Of a DNA stretch of 64,000 nucleotides, positions 1-17,900 are shown one piece after another. Position numbers and translations under genes: made by a program. Positions within the stretch are counted from its first letter, which is position 1, and the number at the start of each line of letters is the position of its first letter. Under the pieces are notes generated by a model that was not told where the DNA came from, did no database searches, and saw only the letters and a list, made by a program, of their open reading frames with translations. The stretch is from Lingula anatina (taxonomy: Eukaryota > Animalia > Brachiopoda): assembly GCA_051362555.1 (NCBI GenBank), contig CM120640.1:434001-498000 (forward strand), written 5' to 3'.

Positions 1-6523
<6,523 letters not shown>

Positions 6524-9500
6524 TATTGAGGCCCAGATGATAAAAAATAAGTAATTCCTTGGGATCTCTTTTTGAAAATACTATGTATTTGTGCAAGATT
6601 GCCAATTTGATATATATATAAATATATATATTCCTATATCTGTATCTATATATAATATATTCCACAGTGTTAATAAGTACAGTTGTTGTTGTGTATACTT
6701 TATGTTGTTGTTCTCCATGTTCAATTCACTGGCACTTGAGGATATGCAGACCCAAATGATATTTCTGTACTGGGGCAAAAAGCAACATTATAAAAAGAAT
6801 TGCTACACGATACATGTGTAAAGAGGTTTACCCCTTTTGTTGTTTAACAAATAGGTTTCTGCTTCCAGGGGGTTCAGAGTTGATTATAAAGAAGGGATGG
6901 TTGAATAGAAATCAATTAGAAAGATACTGTAATTAATCCTGACATATGTTGCCTACATATATGTATTCAAGTCGCAGTTTGAGACCAGTTTATACAGTGT
7001 CTCAAGTGATGTAAATTAGGAAGTATATTTCTTTATAACATACAGAAAGTCAAGTATATCAATCATAACTGAAACTGTCCAGTCATTTATTTAGATGAAC
7101 CAGTGGGGGATTCAACTGCCTCTGGAGTATCAGTTGCCAAGAATATCAATGAATGGATCATAAGGAATTCCAAGAAATAATAATATTTTATTGGTGCTAA
7201 ATTACTTCGGTATGTAATCAGTTTACTGCATGCTATTCTAGGACGACCAAAGGGACGGCCTCATAGGTTGAATCATTACTTATATATGTGTAATCATTAG
7301 GAGAATGTGAAACTTGTACATATCTCACATAAGTAAAGTACAGGGCAAGATGCGTGTTGAGCATCTTCTACCTCATTTCAAGTCAAGCTTACATGGTATT
7401 TTGGTGTTTACAAACATGTTAGGTTTATTGATCTTGTCCAGTTCTAGTTCACAGACTAGCGTTCCTAGTTCTACCACTGGTGCTTGGAGGTGCTAACGCC
7501 GTGCATTATAGCAATATAAACAAAACTTGAAGATCAAACATTTTTCCAGTGGATTCTTGATTTTGCAATTGTATTTTTTTCAGAAGATTTCTGCATGTTT
7601 GTGGACATACAATGCATCACTATTGTTAGCTAATGGGCTCTGTGCAATTTGCCCACCATAACTCTTCATTTTTTGAAGCTTTTTTTCTTTTTTGGAAAAA
7701 AAAGGTTCTCTTTTTGGTATGAATTGGGAATTCTGCTTTCTATAAATGTGAAAGATAAACATTAAAATGAGATTCTATGTACTATGGAGCCACATGAACA
7801 GCTTATTAAGTACAATATTTGATTAGTCAGAGTAGAAGAAATCTCATCAGTCACATTAAGGCAGGCAGATATATGCAAGGGAGTCAGACGTGAACTGCTG
7901 GTCATTTAGTTAGACATTTTGTTCCACGTCTTCTGTCCCAGCATGCCTTGGAGTTGACATTTCCCCACAGCTGCAAGGCAGATATTGTTTTACGTATTAA
8001 GAGTAGTTTTGCTGAATCGGGTATTGTAGATGTAGCTTAAGGTTTGCAATTGTAGTGTATATAAGATTTGTTAGGTAGCATGTAGTATGGTCGTGAATTT
8101 CCTTTGTTTTGCAGGTATTTACAAAATAACATTGCAAACAATAGCCTCTAGTCTGTATTTACAGATCAAACAAATCAAAAGAAATATCATTTATTTATTA
8201 CCAACATAATTATTATATGATAATTTTTTATTATTATTTGATTAAAATATGATTCAAATAATTTATTCCATGTTTTCTTGACTGCCTTCCTTTCACTTTG
8301 AACCAATTTGTGTTCAGCAGATGTTTCACATTTCAAATGTCCTTGTTGACCCTAGATTAGAATCTGAAAACAAAGTGGGTTGTATTGGTTTCAGTTTTAC
8401 ATAAATAACTGGCCCACAACCAATTTTATAACCAAGATTTCTGCATAATTCAACTGTCCTAGTTTATGAACTATTCTCAACCACTACACAAGATCTAATG
8501 CATGGTCAAAATAATAATCATTCACTCTGGAGGCTTCATTTAATGACTTAAAAGAAACAATGTATTACTGGGTCTTTATCATTTTTAATGACAAGCATTT
8601 TAGTCCGGTTGCTTAGGGCAAAAAAATGGCCAAATCGTGACACAGCGGATAAAAGCACCAAATTTTGCATGTGGGTACCTTTCGACGTACTAAATCAAAT
8701 TAGAGCCGTAGCCCACGGAAAAAAATTACCGTTTGGCCAAAAAATCCAAAATGGCCGCCAATTTTTGAAATTTTGTAGAAATACATACATATCTATGTTG
8801 ATTTTTACCAAATTAAGTATTTTCTCAATGTTTTCCACATCCTTATTACCCATATTATGCATATGTGTCAGATAACAAACTAGTGTCCTTGGACTTATTG
8901 AAAAATCCAAGATGGCCGCCGTGTGGCATAGGAATACTAGAACATGTACAAGGGTTTTCAACTAACTAATGCCAACTAGGAAGATGCATTGCCCACTATC
9001 AAATTAATTTTGTTTCTTATTACACAAATAATTTATTTGTGGTGAGTAACTAACCTTTATTCACAGGCAATTCGAGAAAAATCCAAGATGGCCCCCATAT
9101 CAAAGGAACACTAGTATACACATAGGGCTTCTTCTGCCATGGAGATATAATATTAATTGATAAATTAGGTTTGTTTCTGAGTATTTTCCACATCTTTTTA
9201 ATTCATATAATACATATGTGATGAGAATGTTATGTGTATCCTTTTTGAAAAACAAAACAAAACAAAATGGCTGCCATTAGCCATAGAAGGTGGGGTTCAG
9301 TTAATACCTGCGAGAGATAGGCTTACAAATAAAATGAAGATGAATTCAGTTGTTTTTCTGTTTTTTTTTAGTATTGTTATCCCATGATATATATCTGTTA
9401 GGTAATTAATGTCCATATTTTATCATTTTGGGGAAATCCAAGATAGCCTTCTTTTCCCCATAGGAAAACTGGTGCATTAGATTTTATGGGCACTTCTACG

Positions 9501-11103
9501 GCAAATGAGGGTAATCATGATATTTTTTCAAAATACTTAAGGGTATACACTTGTAACCCACCAGATAGATATCTAAAAGTCCAAAAAGAATGTGTGAAAT
9601 ACCGAGAAACAAAATTCATTTTATATTGAACCCAATGTCTCTCTGGCAGTAGTTGGCTGTGCTATTCCTATTGTGAATTGCAGCAATCTTGAATTTTCTT
9701 AAATACGCAAGATGCACACTTGCTACACACCAGATTTATAAAGAGTAAGGTTAATAAGGATGTCAACATGTTTAAACATCAAAGGCTTTATTTCATGTTG
9801 GAATCAATGTCTGAACTGGTCTATTAATTGACACCTATGTGCATTTGAATGATATATACCTATGACAACTGGCAGCTATCTTGGGTTTTCTCCGAATAAT
9901 ACTCAAGGATACATACACTTTCAAAACACACGGAGTCTTTCATAAGGATAAATAGGATATGAAAAACATTTAAAAACGACCCAAAGTTAACTACATTTAA
10001 ATCGCACTCATTGTATCTCTAGCATTATTTGATTATGTGTTCGAATATTCTAATGACAAAAGGCAGACATCTATTTTTTCAGAATACCCAAAGGTACACA
10101 CATGCTACAGACCAGGTATACATCATAGGGGTAATAATAAATGGAATGAAAAACATAAATTATTTTTAAAACAAACCCATGGAAATGTAATTGTATAATG
10201 AACCATATGCCTCTCTAGCAGCAATTGAAACCCACCCATTAGTATTCCTATGTTAAATTGTAGGTATCTTTTTCTCAGAATATCCAAAGAGGCACACTAT
10301 TTACCCACCAGATATATATATATCATAGGACTAATAAGGATGGGCAAAACTTGATAAGCAAACACAAATTCACCCTGGTAGTAGATGAAAAGCCATGGAT
10401 GTGCAGTTGTTATTCCAGTAGTATTCCTATGGCCAGTGACGGCCATCTTGGGTTTTCTCAAAATGATCAAATATGCACATTTATTACCTGCTTGATATGT
10501 ATCACAGTGTAATAATAATGTGTGAAACACTAAAAAAATAAACTGAATTTGATAGTGAATTAGCTGGCATTAGTTCCAACCCTTTGTAATACTAGAAGTA
10601 TTCCTATTACATATGACGGCCATCTTGGATTTTCTCAAAATGCCCAACAATACTGTTAGTTACTCACCACATACATATTTTGTGGGTAGAAAGGATGTGG
10701 AAAACACTCAGAAACCAGCTTAATTTGATAGTGAAAAACTAATCTTTCCAGTTGCCATTAGTTGAATCCCCCATATACTAGAATTCCTGTGGCACATGGC
10801 AGCCATCTTGGATTTTCCAAAATGCCCAAGAACACTTCGTAGTTACTCACCACAAAAATATTATGTGGGTAACAAAGATCTGAGAAACAGACTTAATTTG
10901 ATAGTGGACAACCTATCGTTCTAGCTGGTAATAGTTGTGCACTAGTATTCATATGGCTGTTTCTATGGCAAATGACAGCCATCTTGGATTTTTTCAAAAA
11001 GTCCAAGGGGACTTGTTTGCTATCTGACATATATGAATCAAATGGGTAATAAGGGTGTGGAAAACTCTGAGAAAATAATTTATTTGATAAAAATCAACAT
11101 AGG

Positions 11104-11372
11104 TGTTGCCGTGACCGTACCGTTAAAAACTCAAAAAGCGTTCTTGGTTTGAATAGATTGTATTTCGCTGAATAAACTGATGAAAACTAATGAAAACTTA
11201 CGAAAACTTATGAAAACTTATGAAAACATAAAACTATATGATCCCGGAGACCCGTGTTGCTGAAACTGAAAATGTAAGGGCGGGATCTCAACTATATACC
11301 CGAGTGTCATGTGACACGAACACATCTCACTGACTACTCGCACTAATCACTGCTCCACGTGTTGCAGTTACA
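11104..11372 (-). repeat. 3' LTR of the BEL element
   Basis: Matches 17901-18169 except one G/T difference seen by eye (tgttgccgtg vs tgttgccttg). Preceded on the minus strand by a PPT-like ttttggggagcca. Confidence 0.97.
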
Positions 11373-12116
11373 TGGCTCCCCAAAAAATAACTATTTTTTT
11401 ACATTAATATTACTTAAACATACATTATATTAGTGGCGTTTTAAATCAAATTGAATTGACAAGCACTATTAACCTTACACCATTTACTAAATCACTAATG
11501 ATTTTATATACCAGAGATATCTTTACCCTTAACCGTATTTGTAACCGTATATAAATTATAATAAACCGTAATATAATTAATAAACTGTTTATAAAGTATG
11601 ATAAACCGTAAATATAATTAATAATCATATACCGTATGATATCATTGATATACAATAACATTTAATGACCTTTGACCGTTAGGATACCATAGAAATAAAC
11701 ATTAATAATGCTTTACAACTTCTACATTATTTAAGCAAACATTTACCCTTTAACTGTGTGCTCCAACATTACCTTATCTTCTAAAGAAGACGCCACGACT
11801 GTTAACTGTTCTATTATCTGAAAAGTTCTAATGATGATATGAATATAGATACATGCTTTAACAAAAAACAAACATCAAATATAGATAACCAATTAAGTAT
11901 GTACAGTGTGTCCTTAAGACATAGCAATTACAATTTAAATTTGTTCATGCATGACATCCATATAAAATGATGATGATGCTTTGTAACAACTGAATTCCTT
12001 ACTACTATACCATCAAACTAATTTATTAATCCAGCAAAATGCTATACTTAATTGCAACGTATGCATTTAGGTTAACAATTGGCTCTTTGACGGGGATTAA
12101 ACCCTGCAATAAATCA

Positions 12117-15100
12117 TTAATTATTATCAGTGCTTGGAACTAAAAGTACCAACTTCTGAATTGGTCTGTTTAAAAACACAATTGGATCTAACCTTCGACC
12201 AGCAGAATCTAATGCACGAGTACTCATTGCTACTTTGACTTTTCTGACATGCTCATCATCACTGGGATAAACATTTTCAACTCTTGCTAATGACCAAAGA
12301 TTTCTTGGTAAATTCTCATCTTTAATCAAAACAATATCTCCAACACAGAAATTGCGTCTAGGCCTTAACCATTTTTGTCTCACTTGTAAGGTTTGCAAAT
12401 ATTCTTTGCGCCATCTAAACCAAAACTGATTGCATAAATACTGAACCCTCCTCCAGTGTTTTCTACAATACATGTCTGCTTTCTGGAATTCACCAGGAGG
12501 CGGGAGAATAACATTTGTTTTGGTGGTTAACAAGTGATTGGGGGTTAATGGCTCAAGGGAACATGGGTCATTTAGGTTGTCAGAGGTAAGAGGTCTGCAA
12601 TTAACAATTGCGGTCACTTCATGCATCAATGTCCGTAACGACTCGTCGTTCAATTGAGACTGTGACTGCTCAAGCAGAGAAGACAAAACATTTCTCACAG
12701 TTCGGATTTGACGTTCCCAGACTCCTCCTGCATGGCTGGACGACGGTGCATTAAACTCAAATTGAATGTAATCGCATTGTCGTTCCCTCAAAAATTCTGA
12801 CAAAGTATGCTGATCCATTTCACTGAGTGCTCTTTTAAACTCATTGTTTGCCCCAATAAAATTTGTACCACAATCTGAACGCAGCAATCGGATCGGTCCA
12901 CGTATTGCTTGAAATCGACGCAATGCGTTTATGAAGGAGTCCGTTGTCAACGCGGTTGCCACCTCAGTGTGAATAGCCCGTGATACAAGACATGTGAACA
13001 GCACACCGTAACGTTTGACCTCCTTTCTTCCTTCCTTCACGGTGAACGGACCAAAACAATCAACGCCGACGTATGTGAACGGGGGGCTTTCTGTCAAGCG
13101 ATCTGCAGGTAAATTTGCCATCCTTTGCTCTCCCACTGAACCTCTCGTCTTTTTACATGCAACGCAGTTGGATATCAGTTTCGACGCGGCTGAGCTAGCT
13201 GAAATGATCCATATGCCAGTTGACCTAAGGTAGTTAACTGTCATTCCTCTGCCTTGATGACCGCATGATCGGTGCGCGTGCTGTAAACATAGCGATGTAA
13301 TATGATGAGATTTGGGTAATATAATAGGATGACGAATGTCGTAAGCAGCATAGGGTGACATGCGAATTCGTCCTCCAACCCTCAGAAGTCCTTCCTTATC
13401 AAAGAAAGGGTTGAGCTTTCTCAGAGACTGTTCCTTATCTCCATTCGGGAATGCCTCGGCCTGCACGTGTTTGAAAATTTCATTTCGCGCTCTTTTTATA
13501 TCGTCAACAGTGATTGGCGAGTGTGCCTTCTGACCCTCTCGACGCAAAATTCGGCGATAGCGTAGGCAGACGGCGATGGCCCGTTGCGCCTTGTACCAAT
13601 CCGAGAAACGTTCAAGTCGATCCAGAATTGACACGTGGGATGACGTAGACAACGCTGATACTGCTTGCCTCACTTCTGGGTCGTCTTGGCGAAGAGAAAA
13701 ATCATTTTGTTCCGTAGAAGCGATCGTTGTTTCCAATAAAAAGGAAGGTCCGTGAAACCAATGCTCATGATTAGCCAGATCGATGGCAGATAAACCTCGC
13801 GAGGCAACATCAGCCGGGTTGGTCTCTGATGAAACGTACGACCACTGGTTTGGCTCGGTGAAGTCCCTAATCACTTGTACTCTGTTGGCTACGTAAGTGT
13901 GGAATCGACGTGCCTCGTTATTGATGTACCCGAGTACTATCCGACTATCTGTCCAAAAGTATTCAGTCAGTTTCTCAAATTCCAGCTCGGAGCGTAGGAG
14001 AGACGCTACTTTCACAGATACGGTGGCTGCTGTCAGCTCAAGTCTCGGAATGGAAACGGCCTTAAGCGGTGCTACCCTGCTTTTACCCATGAGTAAACAA
14101 CAGTGTATTTGTCCTCTTTCGTTCATGAGCCGTACATACGAACACTCTCCGTAGCCTCCTGCGCTGGCGTCACAGAAATGGTGCATTTCAGTAATTGACA
14201 CTGAACCAAACTCAGGCGGCTTGTAACAGCGTTTCAAACTGATAGATTCCAATGAGCGAAGACCAAGCCTCCATTGCTCCCACCGTGATCGAAGGTTGTC
14301 GGGTATGGGGTCGTCCCAGTCTAAATTCTCAGCACACAGTTCCTGTAGAATGCGCTTGCCGACCATGACAACTGGAGCAACAAATCCAAGCGGGTCAAAG
14401 ATCGAGCTGATCGTAGACAATACGCCACGTCTAGTTAATGGCCTATCTTTGAGTAGTATTCTGAATTGAAGCTGGTCAACTTCTACACACCATTGAACAC
14501 CAAGGGCTCTCTCAGGTAAGTACTTGTCTGCATTCATGTCAATGACATCACAGTCGTGGGCTCGATCACCAAGTAGAACTGATTGGATGACTGCATTAGA
14601 GTTCGAGATGACCTTGTGAAGACGAATGCCTCGCTTCTCACAAAGCTGTCTGGATCGGCGCAGAAGTTCTATGGCATCTGATGCAGTAGCAGTCGACTTC
14701 AATCCATCGTCCACATAAAAATTTCTGTGAATAAAGTGTTTCACATCGGAGCCGCATTCATGTTCGTGTAAACTGGCCATCTTTTTTAAAGCAAATGATG
14801 CGCAGCCGGGAGAAGAGGTTGCTCCAAATAAATGAACACACATGCGGTAGTCAACAGGTTCTGATTCAAAGTCATTGTCTTTAAACCACAGAAATCTCAA
14901 ATAGTCTCGGTGTTCTTCGTTGACACGAAATTGATAAAACATTTTCTCAATGTCACACGTAGACGCGACCATTTCATGGCGAAATCTCAGCAGAACACCA
15001 ATAAGAGAGTTGGTCATGTCAGGTCCCTTCAGTAGATGTTCGTTCAACGACGTGTCCTTGTATCGTGCACTACAATCGAATACAACACGCAGTTTTTGTT

Positions 15101-17879
15101 TATTGTACACTCCATGGTGGGGAATATACCATGCACATTTACTGACGTCACTCGTGACTCTTTCAGCGTGTCCGTTGTCTATCAGCGACTGCATGAATTT
15201 CGCGTATTCGCGAGCGTAGTTTGGGTCCTTTGTAAAACGCGATTGCAAAGACGACAAGCGTTTCACAGCTAATTCTCGGTCATTGGGTAGAACAGGATTT
15301 TCCTTTCTAAACGGCAACGGCATTTCGTAATGTCCGTCGTTCGTGACGTGGATGCCTCTCTCGAGTATGTCTATAAACCGGCAATCTTCACGAGAAGGCG
15401 CGACAGTATCAAGCCGTTGATCGTTAAAATCGAGTTCTAGCATTTGCGCAACGTGCTTTGGTACAAATATTTCCTTGATACGATTCGGTTTGCAGAAGAT
15501 CACTTTCTCGTTCATTTGGTATGACGACTTGACTTCTGGGGACACTTCATGGATCATCACACGATGACTTATGAAACCTGGGTCACCATCGTAGTTAACG
15601 AGTCCCGTTCCCACTATACTCCAACCGAGGCTAGTACGAAGAGCGTAAGGGCCGTCATTCATAGGGGGTATGACCTCTCGCGGGAATAAAGCGGATGGGC
15701 AGTTGTACCCGATGAGTAAGCCTACTTCAAAGTCGCCTCGAGGAATCAATTTATCAGCAATCGGTTGCAGATGGGGCCACTGGTGGGCGATGCCGGGGGA
15801 TGGAATATGATCGCGATTGGCTGGTATCACGTCTCTCGTGTAACAGGGTGGTAAGGTAATTCTCTCGGAACCGTCATATGCACGCACGGATAAACCGGAG
15901 ATCTTGCTACTGTCCAAAATCTGATTACACGCAGACATGGTTGACAATGACAGTTTAACAGGTGTGCCTTGTAACTGTAGGGAATCAGAAGTGTTTCTCA
16001 GAACAAAAGAAATATCTGACTGAGTGTCAAGCATAGCGTAAATGAGCTGCTCTCTTTCTAGGTTACTTTCATGCGAGATCCAAACTGGCACTATCATGGT
16101 TGACTGACTGACAGAAGTACTGTTTGAAGTATTGACAGCAGTATTGACCACATTGACCTTAGTAACTGCATTCTGGCGTTGAAAATCAGGGTCATGTAAC
16201 GATGTAGGGTGTTTTTTGTGACATTTTGAACAGGTAAGTTTATTCAAGCACCCTTTAGCAATGTGATTAGGCTCCAAACATGCCATGCAAAGACGTTTGC
16301 TGAATAAAAGTTGTTTTCTCTCGGATAAGGGCATTTCTAAGAAAGCACTACATTCATTCAGCTTGTGGGTTTGTTGACAATGGGGACATACCTGATCAGT
16401 GATCACAGCGAAACTTGAACCTGGTGGATGTGCACTGGTCCTTGGCGTTGGGGGATGTGATGTGTGAGTTCTCTTCATAGGTGACGTGCGTGCTGTCTTT
16501 GTCTGTGGAAAGCGAGTAGTCTGCACACTGGGACCTTCGGATTTAAGTGCCTCCCTTCCGAATACCGGGTCGTTGACTGCCTCTGATTCATGTTCAATAA
16601 AGGTGACCAAATCTGAAAACACTACAGACCTTTTTTCATCTCTGACAACCTTTGCAACAATACCCCTCCAACGGTTCTGGGAGTACATGGGAAGCTTTTT
16701 AACAATAACTTGCATGTGTGGGGCATGATTGAGAACTTGTAAATTATGCAAATGAAGCATTGCTGAATGACACTTAACTAAATACACTGAAAGCCCCTTG
16801 AGACCAACACTATCCTCCGCTCTAACAGCGGGCCATGCTAACAATTTATTCAAGTATGCCATTGAAATTTTGTATTCGTTACCATACTCTTTATGCAACA
16901 ATTCACGTGCCCTTTTGTACCCATCTGGCATATAGAGACAACCACTTATCAATTCTTTCGGTTCACCATCTGTGTATTGATAAAGGTAGTACAATCTATC
17001 AGTGTTTGATGCAACTCTAGATTCTATTCTAGTTTCAAAAGAAATCATGAATGCACTATAAGTCAATACATCACCCTTAAACACTGGAATCTCTGGCTGC
17101 GGTAAAGGCGGGATGCACTGCACAAGATAGGGCACATCTTGTTGGCGAGGATAGAAGACGGGCGTTCCGTGAGGATCATTTGGAAGGAATGCATTTGGTA
17201 CTTCTGGTCCGCGAGAAAAGTAGCCGGGTGTACCGCGAAGATAGGCTGGAAAGTCACTGGTCACGTCTTGTCGCGACTGGCGAGGAACAAAGTCTGACAC
17301 ACCATAGGTATCCGTATGGAGCATTTCACCTTTCGCACCGTGGGAATCCGCCGTGACAGCTACACCGTGAGGATCCGTGCCGTGAGTCACACCAAGGGGG
17401 TCCATTCCGTCAGCTGCACTATGGGGAACCTTGCCGTCAGTCACACTGTGGGGGTCAATTCCGTCAGTCACACCGTGGGGGTCCATTCCGTCAGTCACAC
17501 CGTGGGGGTCCTTTATATCAGCAGAATCGTGGGTGTCTGTGTTAACTTGACCTTGAACAGTTTCTACGTATTTTTCAGTCTTTGTTTTGTCCATAGGCAG
17601 TCTAAAAAGTGATTCTAGATCAGAGTTTGAGCTATCTGAATCTGTGTCAAGGGCGGCGGCTTCTGCCGCAGCGGCTGCTGCATCCTTCTGAGCCGAAATT
17701 AATTCAAATTCAGCGTCCAGCAAAGCTCTTTGGCGTTTAATTTCAGTTTGTTTCTTCACATATTCCAAATTTACCTCTAAAGCTTTCGCCTTGGCCTTGG
17801 CTTTTGCATAGGATGAAGTGGACGCTCTTGACCGTGTTTTCAGCGAAGAGATGACAGATTTTTCCGTGTCTCCTTCCAT
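12117..17879 (-). CDS. BEL/Pao Gag-Pol polyprotein (1920 aa)
   Basis: Triple Gag zinc knuckle (CPHCQQTH...C, CMACLEPNH...C, CSKCHKKH...H), protease LDTQS, RT FYVDDG, RNase H FCDAS...PRLEL...WTDS, integrase HHCC and VDCFGP...SDCGTNF...GGVWERQI. No stops. Confidence 0.98.
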   Translation of the reverse strand: MEGDTEKSVISSLKTRSRASTSSYAKAKAKAKALEVNLEYVKKQTEIKRQRALLDAEFELISAQKDAAAAAAEAAALDTDSDSSNSDLESLFRLPMDKTKTEKYVETVQGQVNTDTHDSADIKDPHGVTDGMDPHGVTDGIDPHSVTDGKVPHSAADGMDPLGVTHGTDPHGVAVTADSHGAKGEMLHTDTYGVSDFVPRQSRQDVTSDFPAYLRGTPGYFSRGPEVPNAFLPNDPHGTPVFYPRQQDVPYLVQCIPPLPQPEIPVFKGDVLTYSAFMISFETRIESRVASNTDRLYYLYQYTDGEPKELISGCLYMPDGYKRARELLHKEYGNEYKISMAYLNKLLAWPAVRAEDSVGLKGLSVYLVKCHSAMLHLHNLQVLNHAPHMQVIVKKLPMYSQNRWRGIVAKVVRDEKRSVVFSDLVTFIEHESEAVNDPVFGREALKSEGPSVQTTRFPQTKTARTSPMKRTHTSHPPTPRTSAHPPGSSFAVITDQVCPHCQQTHKLNECSAFLEMPLSERKQLLFSKRLCMACLEPNHIAKGCLNKLTCSKCHKKHPTSLHDPDFQRQNAVTKVNVVNTAVNTSNSTSVSQSTMIVPVWISHESNLEREQLIYAMLDTQSDISFVLRNTSDSLQLQGTPVKLSLSTMSACNQILDSSKISGLSVRAYDGSERITLPPCYTRDVIPANRDHIPSPGIAHQWPHLQPIADKLIPRGDFEVGLLIGYNCPSALFPREVIPPMNDGPYALRTSLGWSIVGTGLVNYDGDPGFISHRVMIHEVSPEVKSSYQMNEKVIFCKPNRIKEIFVPKHVAQMLELDFNDQRLDTVAPSREDCRFIDILERGIHVTNDGHYEMPLPFRKENPVLPNDRELAVKRLSSLQSRFTKDPNYAREYAKFMQSLIDNGHAERVTSDVSKCAWYIPHHGVYNKQKLRVVFDCSARYKDTSLNEHLLKGPDMTNSLIGVLLRFRHEMVASTCDIEKMFYQFRVNEEHRDYLRFLWFKDNDFESEPVDYRMCVHLFGATSSPGCASFALKKMASLHEHECGSDVKHFIHRNFYVDDGLKSTATASDAIELLRRSRQLCEKRGIRLHKVISNSNAVIQSVLLGDRAHDCDVIDMNADKYLPERALGVQWCVEVDQLQFRILLKDRPLTRRGVLSTISSIFDPLGFVAPVVMVGKRILQELCAENLDWDDPIPDNLRSRWEQWRLGLRSLESISLKRCYKPPEFGSVSITEMHHFCDASAGGYGECSYVRLMNERGQIHCCLLMGKSRVAPLKAVSIPRLELTAATVSVKVASLLRSELEFEKLTEYFWTDSRIVLGYINNEARRFHTYVANRVQVIRDFTEPNQWSYVSSETNPADVASRGLSAIDLANHEHWFHGPSFLLETTIASTEQNDFSLRQDDPEVRQAVSALSTSSHVSILDRLERFSDWYKAQRAIAVCLRYRRILRREGQKAHSPITVDDIKRARNEIFKHVQAEAFPNGDKEQSLRKLNPFFDKEGLLRVGGRIRMSPYAAYDIRHPIILPKSHHITSLCLQHAHRSCGHQGRGMTVNYLRSTGIWIISASSAASKLISNCVACKKTRGSVGEQRMANLPADRLTESPPFTYVGVDCFGPFTVKEGRKEVKRYGVLFTCLVSRAIHTEVATALTTDSFINALRRFQAIRGPIRLLRSDCGTNFIGANNEFKRALSEMDQHTLSEFLRERQCDYIQFEFNAPSSSHAGGVWERQIRTVRNVLSSLLEQSQSQLNDESLRTLMHEVTAIVNCRPLTSDNLNDPCSLEPLTPNHLLTTKTNVILPPPGEFQKADMYCRKHWRRVQYLCNQFWFRWRKEYLQTLQVRQKWLRPRRNFCVGDIVLIKDENLPRNLWSLARVENVYPSDDEHVRKVKVAMSTRALDSAGRRLDPIVFLNRPIQKLVLLVPSTDNN
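17335..17510 (-). repeat. 27-bp coding minisatellite in gag (DPHGVTDGM-like, about 6.5 copies)
   Basis: DPHGVTDGM DPHGVTDGI DPHSVTDGK VPHSAADGM DPLGVTHGT DPHGVAVTA DSHG. Confidence 0.9.
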
Positions 17880-17900
17880 ATTCCCCGGGAATAGTTTTAT

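Noticed and set aside
8588-8961. ORFs in the left TIR as a transposase remnant
   Set aside because: They lie within inverted-repeat sequence and show no catalytic motifs.
11446-11661. Possible env-like ORF downstream of pol
   Set aside because: Short, low-complexity Ile/Tyr-rich translation of AT-rich DNA with no envelope features.
13015-17612. Antisense ORFs within the BEL element
   Set aside because: They are shadows of the long gag-pol frame with no independent motifs.
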